46,921 bases of DNA from a bacterium. GTDB lineage: Bacteria > Patescibacteriota > Saccharimonadia > Saccharimonadales > SZUA-47. Under the pieces are notes generated by a model, which was not told where the DNA came from, ran no database searches, and saw only the letters and a program-made list of their open reading frames with translations. A program made the position numbers and the translations under genes. Positions 8,974 through 19,691 of this stretch are shown here, piece after piece. Where the stretch lies: contig JAUIKH010000002.1 in the NCBI GenBank assembly GCA_030430915.1, positions 1 to 46,921 of the forward strand. Reading direction: 5' to 3'. How positions within the stretch are numbered: position 1 is the stretch's first letter; the number at the start of each line of letters is the position of its first letter.

Positions 8974-9750
8974 CTAATACACAAACATCCAGCCGCTTGA
9001 AGGTACTGTACGAACGGTAACTTCATAAAGCCTCCTATGATTCATATCACTAATTACGAATGTTCCATCACTATTTACAGACTGCACATAGCCAACATGA
9101 TTACCTCTTTGTGCGATCGCACCTGTTCTAGGTGTTGAGCCTGTAGGTATTCCTTGAGCTGATGCTCTGGACACCCATGATATAGCATTTCCTAAATTGT
9201 TAGGTAGGTCTGGACGCATATTTTTAGCATGCCAAGTACAATATCCTGCCACGTATCTGTTACCACTTGATGACCCCCGACTAACAACAGTATGTGGACT
9301 AGATGTTTGAGCGCTTACAGCTTTACTTTTATGCATTGTCGTAGTTGGAGAAGGCTCAACCTCTATCTCAGGAAGATCTCTGGGTGGGACATCTTCATCT
9401 TTTTCAGGAATTACAATTTCTTCACCAGGATTTATGATATCTGGATTTTTAATATTTTCATTTTTATCATAAACTTTTTTCCAAGTGGTTTCGTATTTTT
9501 TTGCAATTGTACTTAGTGTCTCTTTTTCTGCAATTTTATGAACTTTCTGCTGTTTATCCTGTTTTTCTTCTGCTTTTTGATCTTTTTCTTTAATAACCAG
9601 TGGATCTTTAACTGTAGCGCTAGCAAGTAGCACTGCCTTATTGGCCTCTGGTTTAGTTTGTATACTTTCTAGTTCAAATGCACTAGATTTTGAAGTGGTC
9701 CCAAAAAATATTGCACACACAAACAGACCCGCTAAAACGGATTTACGCAT
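8974..9750 (-). CDS. Secreted LysM + CHAP-domain peptidoglycan hydrolase
   Basis: There is a signal peptide (MRKSVLAGLFVCAIFFG). The LysM segment is HKIAEKETLSTIAKKYETTWKKVYDKNENIKNPDIINPGEEIVIP. The CHAP segment is GYCTWHAKN ... GNHVGYVQSVNSDGTFVISDMN. An AAGGAG SD precedes the ATG. Confidence 0.85.
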   Translation of the reverse strand: MRKSVLAGLFVCAIFFGTTSKSSAFELESIQTKPEANKAVLLASATVKDPLVIKEKDQKAEEKQDKQQKVHKIAEKETLSTIAKKYETTWKKVYDKNENIKNPDIINPGEEIVIPEKDEDVPPRDLPEIEVEPSPTTTMHKSKAVSAQTSSPHTVVSRGSSSGNRYVAGYCTWHAKNMRPDLPNNLGNAISWVSRASAQGIPTGSTPRTGAIAQRGNHVGYVQSVNSDGTFVISDMNHRRLYEVTVRTVPSSGWMFVY

Positions 9751-9968
9751 TTAAATTGTCTCCTTTTTCTTGTTTAGTGTGACGAGTAGTTAATATTTGA
9801 ATTCTCGTCGACGCATCATTCCACCTCACATGAAAAGACACGAATCTTAAGATTACACAGCAAACCCTCTACCCGTCAACCACCCAAAGTGCTTAAGGTG
9901 TTATAACAGAGGTAAATTTTCATATTTTTTTGTTGTAATATTGTACATACAGACAAATGCGGTTGAGC

Positions 9969-9997
9969 TTGAATAATCAACTAATTAAGTATATACT
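9969..9997 (+). promoter_or_regulatory. Promoter TTGAAT-17-TATACT ending 6 nt before the ATG at 10004
   Basis: The sequence is TTGAATaatcaactaattaagtaTATACTcgtgtgATG. Confidence 0.4.
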
Positions 9998-10003
9998 CGT
10001 GTG

Positions 10004-10567
10004 ATGCCAGAATGGGATATATTTCCTTTTGAAAATCCGAGAACGGAAAAATATAAAGAGTATGGAGATAAAGACATACTTGAAAGAATCGTAGCGTCTC
10101 AAGTTGCGTTTCTGCTTTCAAAATATGGTGAGCTATACGTTGAAGAAGTAGATAACAGTGATGGCACTGAATTTGACGGTTCCATGAGTTATAAGGGTAT
10201 TAGAATTGAAAGAATACCCCTGGAAGATGATGGAGAGATTGAAATTTCTCAGTTTCCTTTAATAAATGGTGAGTTCTCCACTCAACCTGGACATCATAGT
10301 GTTACAAAATTCAACGAAGATGATGTCTCAGAATTTATGGTAGGAATTGGCGACCCAGAAAAGCCTGGAATACCTAAAGTTACAGACAGCTCAAAAAATA
10401 GCGTAGACGGAAAACAATTGTTGGAACTACACGATGCACTAGATGAGGTTGAAGCCCAGTTCAAGCTTATGTCTAAAACCGTAAATGATCCATTTATAGA
10501 AACTACTGTTTATCCTGTTAGAGTAAATGATGAGCTAATCGACTGGTTTGATAGTCAACTTATGTAA
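10004..10567 (+). CDS. Hypothetical acidic protein (187 aa from the ATG; the track starts at the GTG at 10001)
   Basis: Long ORF with coding-like composition. I recognise no motif. Confidence 0.5.
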   Translation: MPEWDIFPFENPRTEKYKEYGDKDILERIVASQVAFLLSKYGELYVEEVDNSDGTEFDGSMSYKGIRIERIPLEDDGEIEISQFPLINGEFSTQPGHHSVTKFNEDDVSEFMVGIGDPEKPGIPKVTDSSKNSVDGKQLLELHDALDEVEAQFKLMSKTVNDPFIETTVYPVRVNDELIDWFDSQLM

Positions 10568-10579
10568 ATAATACATGTT

Positions 10580-10607
10580 AAAGCTTCCTGAAAAGTAGCT
10601 TTTTTTT
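10580..10607 (+). terminator. Weak candidate terminator
   Basis: The hairpin is AAAGCT-(11 nt)-AGCTTT followed by T-run TTTTTTTT. The stem is short and AT-rich. Confidence 0.4.
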
Positions 10608-10644
10608 GTAACCTTAAGTATAATTACATTAAATCGGAGGTTTA

Positions 10645-12102
10645 ATGTCGGAAAACGATAATTTATCTAGTGAAAGTAACACACCTCAGGTAATAAAGCC
10701 TGATGAGATACCAAGTAAGAATAATTCTCGATTTTCTTTTATTGGTAAAGCCGTAGATAAAATCAAGGGATTAAATCGTAATACAAAATTAGCGCTTAGT
10801 TTGGTGTTAATCTTGGTAGTAGTAGGGGTTACGACTTTTACAATTAACGGTGATGATTCTTATGAAATAGCAAATACTGAAGAAGAAATTGAGCAGATTG
10901 ATACAGCTGAACCAATCGAAGTTACTGTGGTGTATTCTGATGGTACTCTAGAGTACAAAAATGAAGATGAAGGCTGGCAAAAAGTATCAGAAAACATGGG
11001 ATTAGAAACTGGAATGAGTCTGAAAACTACAGGGGCAGGCTCAAAAGCAGCAATAGAACTGGAAGATGGCAGTATTATTCGTATTGATTCCAACACAGAA
11101 GTAAACCTTGAAACTCTAACCGAATCTAAAGTTGTTATAGCTCAAGAGAGTGGATACATATACCACCGAGTCATACCCTCTGAAGAAAGAACTTATATAG
11201 TACTTACAGAAAATGCCCAATTTCAATCTGTAGGAACAGCATTTAGGACTGTTACAAGTGGTGACGAAGAAGCTGTTGAAGTATTTCAAAGTAGTGTAGA
11301 AGAGACTAACCATGATTTAAAAGCTGAAGAGGGTGAAAAAATTATTGCAAAAAGCAGCGTAGACCCATCAAAAGATAAAACCGTTGAAAAACTTGATATA
11401 GAAACTATAAAAAAAGATGCATTTGTTCTGTGGAACAGGGAGCAAGACCTTAAAAATGAAAACTTTAAAGACTTGCTAGGTTTTTTATCTGATTTTGATG
11501 GACCTAGTATTGAAATTACCAGCCCCGGGCCAGACAGCACAATTGAAATTCCTGCCGATAAAGCTAATGGCAGTGTTGCGATAACAGGCAAAACAGCTAA
11601 AGGCGCGAAATTAACCGTTACCTCCAAATCTATCCCAGGTAGCCAGCCAGTAGATGTGAGTATTGATGCAAACGGAAATTTCACAACTCCAGCACTTGAA
11701 GGAGCACCAGGAAGTTCTGTATTTGAATTCACAGCAACAGACAGCAGAGGAAATAAAACCACTAAAAACGTTAGCTACAATTTTGTTAAGAAAACAGTAA
11801 CCCAAGAGCAAGGGATAGCATTAACTGTAGACGAAAAATCAATAGAAAATAAAGCAATATTTTCATGGGGATTAGTCGGTATTACCACTCCAGATGGAGT
11901 TAAGCTAGTTTACAGTGAAACAAATGCTAATCCTAAATTTGGTACTGACAGCAGTATATATGTCAAATCAGGTGACAGCTACACTTTAAAGAAATCTGAG
12001 TTCCCATCAGGAAAAACCTACAATTTTAAAGCATGTAGATATATCAAAGCATCTAGCTCTTGTGATACTTACAGCAACAAAGTCACTATAGAAATTCCTT
12101 AG
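10645..12102 (+). CDS. Membrane-anchored FecR-domain-like protein with Ig-like repeats
   Basis: An N-terminal TM segment (LALSLVLILVVVGVTTF) is followed by a FecR-like segment (GSKAAIELEDGSIIRIDSNTEVNLE). The C-terminal half is beta-rich and Ig-like (VAITGKTAKGAKLTVTS...FEFTATDSRGN). SD is GGAGG. Confidence 0.6.
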   Translation: MSENDNLSSESNTPQVIKPDEIPSKNNSRFSFIGKAVDKIKGLNRNTKLALSLVLILVVVGVTTFTINGDDSYEIANTEEEIEQIDTAEPIEVTVVYSDGTLEYKNEDEGWQKVSENMGLETGMSLKTTGAGSKAAIELEDGSIIRIDSNTEVNLETLTESKVVIAQESGYIYHRVIPSEERTYIVLTENAQFQSVGTAFRTVTSGDEEAVEVFQSSVEETNHDLKAEEGEKIIAKSSVDPSKDKTVEKLDIETIKKDAFVLWNREQDLKNENFKDLLGFLSDFDGPSIEITSPGPDSTIEIPADKANGSVAITGKTAKGAKLTVTSKSIPGSQPVDVSIDANGNFTTPALEGAPGSSVFEFTATDSRGNKTTKNVSYNFVKKTVTQEQGIALTVDEKSIENKAIFSWGLVGITTPDGVKLVYSETNANPKFGTDSSIYVKSGDSYTLKKSEFPSGKTYNFKACRYIKASSSCDTYSNKVTIEIP

Positions 12103-12127
12103 AAATACAAGCTTAACTAAAAGTTTA

Positions 12128-12772
12128 CTACTTCTTACTTTTCTTTTCTGTTGGCGCAATAGCTAAAGAATAAAGATTCATTCCTACTATCATACCTAGA
12201 ATTGGTGCAAGTAAGTATGTAGAATTTAGTGAATTGTTAGCTAGTGCTACGGCAGGATTCAAAAAGCCTGCAGCTGCTAATGAAGCTACTAAGGCGCCGA
12301 AAGTTAGTGCACCTCCGATAGCAAAAGCCGAATAACCACCTTTGAGCTTCTGCGAAATAGCTGCAATTATGCCCATGCCAAATACAGCTGAGCCGATCAT
12401 TTCAGCCCAAAAAACACGCCATTCAAAGCTACCGAAACCTACTTCTGGTAAATTAGTATTGGTCAGATAATTGTACATCAACAAAGCACATGCTCCACCT
12501 AGCATTTGAGCTGCGATATAGACTAGAGCATTAGTAGTGTTGATTTTACGTAATGTCCAAAGCCCCAAAGTAACCGCAGGGTTAACGTGTGCGCCAGAAA
12601 CACTTCCAAATAGTGCTACGACTAGGGCTAGGGTTGCGCCTGCAGATATTGAAATATACCATGCTGCTGTACCCAAGCCAAACATGTTAGCGACTACTAA
12701 AACTACTGATGCTAAAATTAGAGTTCCTAAAAACTCAGACAATATTAGTTTAATTTTATCCTTTGAAAACAT
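12128..12772 (-). CDS. MIP-family channel (aquaporin/glycerol facilitator)
   Basis: It has two NPA boxes (HVNPAVTLG and FLNPAVALA) and six hydrophobic segments. SD is AGGAGG. Confidence 0.9.
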   Translation of the reverse strand: MFSKDKIKLILSEFLGTLILASVVLVVANMFGLGTAAWYISISAGATLALVVALFGSVSGAHVNPAVTLGLWTLRKINTTNALVYIAAQMLGGACALLMYNYLTNTNLPEVGFGSFEWRVFWAEMIGSAVFGMGIIAAISQKLKGGYSAFAIGGALTFGALVASLAAAGFLNPAVALANNSLNSTYLLAPILGMIVGMNLYSLAIAPTEKKSKK

Positions 12773-12843
12773 ATAGACCTCCTAAAATGTTAATGCGCTA
12801 AGTATACATCTATTTTGAAGTTTTAAAAAATCTTAGGATTAAA

Positions 12844-13758
12844 CTAATCTACGATGACAGGAATGTCTTCGTGGCAAAGAATGGAAGCAGTGGCTAGGTT
12901 TAGCAATGCTAGTGTTTCTACCGTTCTATCCGTTTCTTCCTGATAACCCGAAGAGTTTAGGGCCTCAGCAGTCTTAGGAAAAGCCCAAGCATGGACTACA
13001 AAACCAGAAACTCCGAGCTCTTCTTTGACTTTCTGCATTTCAGGAGTCTTACCTGGTTTGGTTTTAATTAGAATAAATTGTCCATCATGATCACCCACTA
13101 GCTCTTCAAACCCGGCTCCAGAATCTCTAGAGGCATCTAATACACTGGCTCTGTCTTTGGCAAAGTAATCACCTTGTTCGACTCTAGCTTTGGCATTTGA
13201 TCCATATTCTTGTATACGCTCTGGTGTAATTTGATATCCTAGAGCATTTAAAGCGCTCCCTAAGTTTTCTCTGCTATCAGAAATTTCTTGATGTCTTTCT
13301 TGAGCTTTATTTGTCTGACCGCAACCACATGGTCCATGATTGTCACCGTGAGCACTTACACCTTCATTGCCTTTAGTTAGTGCAGCTGTGTTGCTTTTAA
13401 CTATTTCGATTTCTGTACTGCTTGCTGTTGTCTGTGCAATATCATGAGCATGGGCATTGCCCACTGGACCTCCAGCACTTCTTGGCAGTAAGCTTCTTGT
13501 TCCGTCTTCATAAAATCTTTCATCTATACAAATAGATGCAATAGAATCTTGCGATATATCATCATCAAACTCTCCGCTGAGAATACGGCTAAATTTTTCT
13601 GATAACTCAGGAGTCACTACTGTTCCTTCTCCGACAGATCCCTTACCTAATCCAAATTCGCCCAGTGTTTTATAGTCTACTTGTAACACATTTCCTCCTA
13701 ATAGATTAGGATCCTGTCCGTGCGAATCAAGCCCCAATTCAAAACTATTTTCTTTCAT
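12844..13758 (-). CDS. Hypothetical protein; possible divergent beta-carbonic-anhydrase-like zinc site
   Basis: ICIDERF (C-x-D-x-R) and, about 65 residues later, NHGPCGCG (H-x-x-C-G) match the two beta-CA zinc-ligand motifs. The rest is unrecognised. Confidence 0.5.
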   Translation of the reverse strand: MKENSFELGLDSHGQDPNLLGGNVLQVDYKTLGEFGLGKGSVGEGTVVTPELSEKFSRILSGEFDDDISQDSIASICIDERFYEDGTRSLLPRSAGGPVGNAHAHDIAQTTASSTEIEIVKSNTAALTKGNEGVSAHGDNHGPCGCGQTNKAQERHQEISDSRENLGSALNALGYQITPERIQEYGSNAKARVEQGDYFAKDRASVLDASRDSGAGFEELVGDHDGQFILIKTKPGKTPEMQKVKEELGVSGFVVHAWAFPKTAEALNSSGYQEETDRTVETLALLNLATASILCHEDIPVIVD

Positions 13759-13858
13759 TAATTTTCTCTTTCCTAGTGATTACTATCAATATTTTACTTG
13801 ATAATTATCACTTATAGCTGGCCATTATTCAAGTAAAATATTTGTTATAAGAGGTATT

Positions 13859-14230
13859 ATGCAATCATCAGTTAATCCAGAATGCAAAGAGTTACCAGTA
13901 AACTTGCCTACTGGTAGAGGGGAGACTAGCACAAAAACTGTAATCCCTGTAGACGTATTAGCAGTAGTTAATGCTCAAGATCTTGACTTACCTGATTTAG
14001 CATATTCAAACGTCGTAGATACGCTACAAAGATCTGATGATGTGCAAAGGTTTACAATAAACAGTATTCACGAAGCATCTAAGCAAGAGATGAACGACAG
14101 AGATAAGCGCAGAACAATATCTTTGTCTATACTAGTTGGACGGGTTATTCAAGCCGCAAATGATAGAGAAGCAGCCGAAGCCTCATTAAAAACAACTACA
14201 CAAGTCTTCTACCAGCCAAGAATATTTTAA
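13859..14230 (+). CDS. Hypothetical protein (123 aa)
   Basis: ORF only; no motif recognised. Confidence 0.4.
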   Translation: MQSSVNPECKELPVNLPTGRGETSTKTVIPVDVLAVVNAQDLDLPDLAYSNVVDTLQRSDDVQRFTINSIHEASKQEMNDRDKRRTISLSILVGRVIQAANDREAAEASLKTTTQVFYQPRIF

Positions 14231-14251
14231 TTAATAAAAATATTCCAAAGA

Positions 14252-15814
14252 CTATGAAGCCTTGTTTGCACGGGCAATCTTTTGTTCTTCTTTAAGTTTT
14301 AGTCCAAGTTTCTTTATTAGTGCAGGAGAAACAAAAGTAGTGATTATAACAACCAGAATAATTGTACTGAATAGCTCATCGCTTAAAACCCCTAACGCAC
14401 TACCAGTAGCTGCAAAGATCAGCCCAACTTCACCTCTTGGTACCATTGAAACTCCAACTAGCATTTTTTCTGTCATGCTGCCTTTCATTCCTATTCCAGA
14501 AACAAACTTGGCTGCAACTGCAACAACAGAAATAATACCCGCTATTAAATAAAGTTTTGGTTGTAGCAAAGAACCGAAATCAATTTGTAAACCTGTATAT
14601 ACAAAAAATACTGGAATAAAAATCAAACCAATACTGTTAATTAAATCTTCTACATGTGCATGTCTATGCTTTTTAATTAACTGTGCGACATTTGCACCAT
14701 TCTTATCGTCAGCTTCCAGATATTTTATATCTTCAATGATTTCTGGATCTGAAAAAGATTCAAAATGAACTGAATCCAGCAATAAACCGGCTGCAAAAGC
14801 TCCAATAATAGGCTCTAGACCAAAGATTTCTGCTAAATATCCAAAAACCAAAGCGAAGCTTATTGCTAAAGTAACCTTCATGCCTATTCCCGTGTTAATT
14901 GCACTAAACATTTTAGATAATGGTCTGGCAACTAAAGTACCTATATAAAGCGACCCAACCAAGAATCCAAATGACTTAAGAGCTAAAACTAACACGAGAC
15001 TAGCTGAGAGCTCACCGCCCGAAACTAACGCAGAAATTACAGCTAACACAATAAGCCCTAGAACATCATCGATAACTGCTGCCCCTAAGACTGTCTGAGC
15101 GGCTTTACTTCTTGTTAGCTTTAATGACCTAAAAACAGATGCGGTTATACCTACGCTAGTTGCTACTAAAGATGCTCCCAAAAATAATCTAGCGTTTGAA
15201 GATGCGTCACTAAAAAATATTGGCCCCAACACAAAAGAACCAACAACAAAAGGCACTACGACACCAATTATCGCAATTACAAGCGCACTTGCTCCAACCT
15301 TTTTCATGTCTTTAATCTGCGATTCTAGGCCGATAGAGAACAATAGCAAAAGGGCCCCAAACTGAGCTAAGAAACTGATTATTTCATTTGTCGCAACTTG
15401 AGATATAAAATCCCAGCCAAAGTAACCCAACGCAGATAAGGCTATGCCAGCTAGCAACTCTCCTATTACGGCAGGCTGACCATATTTTTCGACAATATTT
15501 CCTAATTTACCAGCTACAAGAACCAAGGCAAACATAGCAAACACTAATCCAAAGTGGTGCACAGCTGAATGGTCGGAATGATCTGACCCCATATCTTCTT
15601 CTATATGAGCTGCGTCTACATTTTCTTCAGAAGAATAATCTTCATCAATAACTATTATATGATCTTCTGAGGAATCGCGTTCTGTAATTGAGCTATTTGT
15701 TTGTTCTGAGTCCGCTCTAGCTTGAAATGGAGCAGCTATTTGAAACGCAGACACAGAAAAAATAATCAGGACAAAGCTAATCAAAGCTTTTTTCATATTT
15801 GCTTTATTCTCCAA
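14252..15814 (-). CDS. CPA2-type monovalent cation:proton antiporter with a signal peptide and an acidic/His-rich N-terminal extension
   Basis: GQPAVIGELLAGIALS and multiple TM segments are typical of the Na+/H+ exchanger family. The N-terminal ~85 aa hold a signal peptide plus DSSEDHIIVIDEDYSSEENVDAAHIEEDMGSDHSDHSAVHH. Confidence 0.8.
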   Translation of the reverse strand: MENKANMKKALISFVLIIFSVSAFQIAAPFQARADSEQTNSSITERDSSEDHIIVIDEDYSSEENVDAAHIEEDMGSDHSDHSAVHHFGLVFAMFALVLVAGKLGNIVEKYGQPAVIGELLAGIALSALGYFGWDFISQVATNEIISFLAQFGALLLLFSIGLESQIKDMKKVGASALVIAIIGVVVPFVVGSFVLGPIFFSDASSNARLFLGASLVATSVGITASVFRSLKLTRSKAAQTVLGAAVIDDVLGLIVLAVISALVSGGELSASLVLVLALKSFGFLVGSLYIGTLVARPLSKMFSAINTGIGMKVTLAISFALVFGYLAEIFGLEPIIGAFAAGLLLDSVHFESFSDPEIIEDIKYLEADDKNGANVAQLIKKHRHAHVEDLINSIGLIFIPVFFVYTGLQIDFGSLLQPKLYLIAGIISVVAVAAKFVSGIGMKGSMTEKMLVGVSMVPRGEVGLIFAATGSALGVLSDELFSTIILVVIITTFVSPALIKKLGLKLKEEQKIARANKAS

Positions 15815-15838
15815 AAGAGTAACTTATTTTACCAATGT

Positions 15839-15866
15839 ATTATATATCACATTTTACATGTGTCAA
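15839..15866 (-). promoter_or_regulatory. Consensus sigma70-type promoter for the antiporter gene
   Basis: The minus strand reads TTGACA-16 nt-TATAAT. It is followed by a ~18-nt leader containing a GGAG SD. Confidence 0.55.
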
Positions 15867-15897
15867 TCATCACTTATATAAAATGTGTGCTTTTAGG

Positions 15898-16323
15898 CTA
15901 TCGCCTTGAACGTCTACGTAATTCGGCAATCTTAAGCCTTGATGCTTGTCGATCCACAATTGCCTGTGCTTTGTCTAAAGATACCTGATCTTTTGCTTCT
16001 GAACGCAACTGTTTAGCACGTTTTAGTGCTTCTTCAGCTTCTTTAGCGCTAACTTCTGAATCTTTGTCGGCTTCATCTACCAACACTCTAACTGTACCCC
16101 CCGAAATCTCAATAACACCACTGTCTATGGCATAGTTTTCCATCATGTCGTCTGGATGATTATCCTTTTTTCTGACACTAATTACACCAGTTGAAGCTAT
16201 GCTAACTAACGGTGCATGGTTTTTGAACACTGCTATTTGTCCTTGTGGGGTAGGCAATAATACTTCGTGCACAGAATCACGTAATTTTACACCTGTTAGT
16301 GTTACTAATTCAAAATGAATCAT
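15898..16323 (-). CDS. atpC: F1 ATP synthase subunit epsilon
   Basis: MIHFELVTLTGVKL...GQIAVFKNHAPLVS...GGTVRVLVDEA, followed by a C-terminal helical hairpin. Confidence 0.9.
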   Translation of the reverse strand: MIHFELVTLTGVKLRDSVHEVLLPTPQGQIAVFKNHAPLVSIASTGVISVRKKDNHPDDMMENYAIDSGVIEISGGTVRVLVDEADKDSEVSAKEAEEALKRAKQLRSEAKDQVSLDKAQAIVDRQASRLKIAELRRRSRR

Positions 16324-16495
16324 TATCTATTCTTTCTATAATGTTGAAAATTATTAAAAATCTTCTTACCTGCCATAGCTACTCCTGCCATAGCTACAGC
16401 TCCAATAGCCGCATTGAAGGCTACAAATTTTATTGCTTCTTTATCTTCTACCATTTTAGGCAAAGGTACTATATCGATACGTTCTGATGAAACCA

Positions 16496-16496
<1 letters not shown>
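16323..16496 (-). CDS. Unannotated 57-aa single-TM micro-ORF between atpD and atpC
   Basis: My own translation is MVSSERIDIVPLPKMVEDKEAIKFVAFNAAIGAVAMAGVAMAGKKIFNNFQHYRKNR. Its ATG overlaps the atpD stop (TAATG at 16494-16498). Its TAA overlaps the atpC ATG (TAATG at 16321-16325). It fills the spacer exactly. Confidence 0.5.
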
Positions 16497-17887
<1,391 letters not shown>

Positions 17888-17932
17888 TTAATTCCTTTCT
17901 GATTGTTCTGATGTTTATTTATCTGGATTAAA

Positions 17933-18304
17933 TTATTCTTCATACTCATATTGGAACCTCTCTCTTTCTTCTGCAATCCCAAGCCTATGCCCTACAATCA
18001 GTCCACGGTGAGCTACACTATAAATAATGTTTTCAATAAGTTCATCTACTTCGCTCTTGGTCTGTTCATCAATGGTTGATATTCCTAAGCCAAGAACATT
18101 TATTATAGACCTTCTTGATGCAAGCTCAGTAATATAATCAACCGTATCCTTAAATTGGTGCAAAACATCATCTGTTATCATATCAGCAACATCATCACTA
18201 TTTACCGCCTCTTCTGGAGAAGAATTTGCTATTGGAAACATACGACCCCAAGCTTCTGCCGCATTGTCATTTGATAATAATTCCATATTTGTTGGATTTT
18301 TCAT
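17933..18304 (-). CDS. Hypothetical acidic protein (123 aa) embedded in the atp operon
   Basis: It is on the same strand as the operon. Its ATG overlaps the stop of the upstream 155-aa ORF (TAATG). There is no TM segment and no recognisable motif. Confidence 0.6.
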   Translation of the reverse strand: MKNPTNMELLSNDNAAEAWGRMFPIANSSPEEAVNSDDVADMITDDVLHQFKDTVDYITELASRRSIINVLGLGISTIDEQTKSEVDELIENIIYSVAHRGLIVGHRLGIAEERERFQYEYEE

Positions 18305-18771
18305 TATTTCATAGCCTCTGTTATTTCTTTTGTTAGACCTAGCTGTTTGGCTTCAGTAAATCTCTGGGCATAGTCAGGTGCCCAGTCGCTCCTCAAGAAA
18401 GAGTCCATGCTAGTTTTTTTATCAGCCTCAGGAACTTTTAAGTTATTCTTACTTCTGTATAAAAAATCAGCAAACCTAACATCATCAGATATTTCATCCA
18501 CCACTAAAGACCCTACATCAATAGCCAACTCTCTTGTTATAGTCTCTAGATCGTTTTCAGGAAATAACTTTTCTGATTCTTTTTTATAATGCTCATCAGA
18601 TCTAAGCGCACTGCCTAATGAAATGTTACCAGCATGAAACACTATGTCATCAGAATATCTGCTTATAACTCCGTCTATTCTTCTATTTCGTCCATGAAGG
18701 TTCGCTAATAAATCTATAGTCATGTCATTTATTAACTCACGTGACTCATGAACATTTGAGGTTGTCATCAT
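18304..18771 (-). CDS. Hypothetical protein (155 aa) embedded in the atp operon
   Basis: The start overlaps the atpG stop (ATGA/TGATG at 18766-18771), with a GGAGG SD inside the atpG 3' end. No motif recognised. Confidence 0.6.
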   Translation of the reverse strand: MMTTSNVHESRELINDMTIDLLANLHGRNRRIDGVISRYSDDIVFHAGNISLGSALRSDEHYKKESEKLFPENDLETITRELAIDVGSLVVDEISDDVRFADFLYRSKNNLKVPEADKKTSMDSFLRSDWAPDYAQRFTEAKQLGLTKEITEAMK

Positions 18772-19691
18772 TTCATAGCCTCCGCACCACCGGTAATTTC
18801 TGCTAGTTCTTGAGTAATAGCTGATTGTCTGGCTGAATTTGCTGCTAGTGTTAAATCATCAATTAAATCACCCGCATTATCGCTTGCAGTTTTCATAGCC
18901 ATCATTCTAGAACTTTGTTCACTAGCTTGGCTCTCGAGATATGCTTGCCAAAGCTGTACATCAATTAATCTATCTGACACTTCATCCAAAACTACTTTTG
19001 GACTTGGCTCAAAAATAGCGAGCTCAAGATCATTGGAAACCCTAACTTCAGAAAATGCTGCAGGTAACAATCTTTGTAGTGTAACTTCTTGTACAACGCT
19101 TGACTTATAGTCCGTAAACAAAACATCCACCGCATCTACTACGGGCTCGGACGTTACTTTTTTAGGTATTCCTGATTCCTCAGATTTAATTATCGTAGTT
19201 TCACCAGCAAATTGATTTTTGATAGTTGTCAACACCGCTTGCAGGTCACTTATTGTTGGTTTTTCTGGCATGTGATCATAACTACCAACTATCTCTAACC
19301 CTTGTACACGTGCAGCAAATTTTGCTGCTTGTTTGCCAATCAGAATAAGCTTAGTGTTAATTCCGTTTTCTTTATCCTGTTTTAATTCTTTAGTAAGTTG
19401 TCTTAATACGTTACTGTTGTAGGCTCCTGCTAGACCCCTATCACTTGTAATAACTATTAGTGTGCGGCATTTTACCTGTCTAGTCACAAAAAGTCGATGA
19501 TTACTGACGTCTGTTAATTCCCTAAGTCTAGTTAATATCTGAGCTGCAGTTTTTGTATAATCACGACTGGATAGGGTAGTCTCTTGAGCACGGCGCATTT
19601 TTGATGCAGCCACTAATTCCATAGCCTTGGTAATCTGTTTTGTATTCTTAACAGTTTTGATTCGGGCTTTTATCTGTTGCGTACTAGCCAT
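18768..19691 (-). CDS. atpG: F1 ATP synthase subunit gamma
   Basis: The canonical N-terminus MASTQQIKARIKTVKNTKQITKAMELVAASKMRRAQ has an AAGGAG SD 6 nt upstream. I therefore prefer the start at 19691 to the track's 19724. Confidence 0.92.
   Translation of the reverse strand: MASTQQIKARIKTVKNTKQITKAMELVAASKMRRAQETTLSSRDYTKTAAQILTRLRELTDVSNHRLFVTRQVKCRTLIVITSDRGLAGAYNSNVLRQLTKELKQDKENGINTKLILIGKQAAKFAARVQGLEIVGSYDHMPEKPTISDLQAVLTTIKNQFAGETTIIKSEESGIPKKVTSEPVVDAVDVLFTDYKSSVVQEVTLQRLLPAAFSEVRVSNDLELAIFEPSPKVVLDEVSDRLIDVQLWQAYLESQASEQSSRMMAMKTASDNAGDLIDDLTLAANSARQSAITQELAEITGGAEAMK

Noticed and set aside
9751-10000. A 250-nt region upstream of the LysM-CHAP hydrolase, checked for a c-di-AMP (ydaO-type) riboswitch. 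That class is often found ahead of cell-wall hydrolase genes.
   Set aside because: I found only loose resemblances (ACGGGTAGAGGG, GGTGGAATGA) and one weak 6-bp hairpin (9781-9809). I cannot reconstruct the pseudo-symmetric ydaO fold by eye. A cmsearch with RF00379 would settle it.
15722-16487. Plus-strand track ORFs 15722-15988 and 16299-16487 in the atpC region.
   Set aside because: They overlap the antiporter start, atpC and the minus-strand 57-aa ORF. Their translations are junk-like. The minus-strand reading of 16323-16496 is precisely coupled to atpD and atpC and is preferred.
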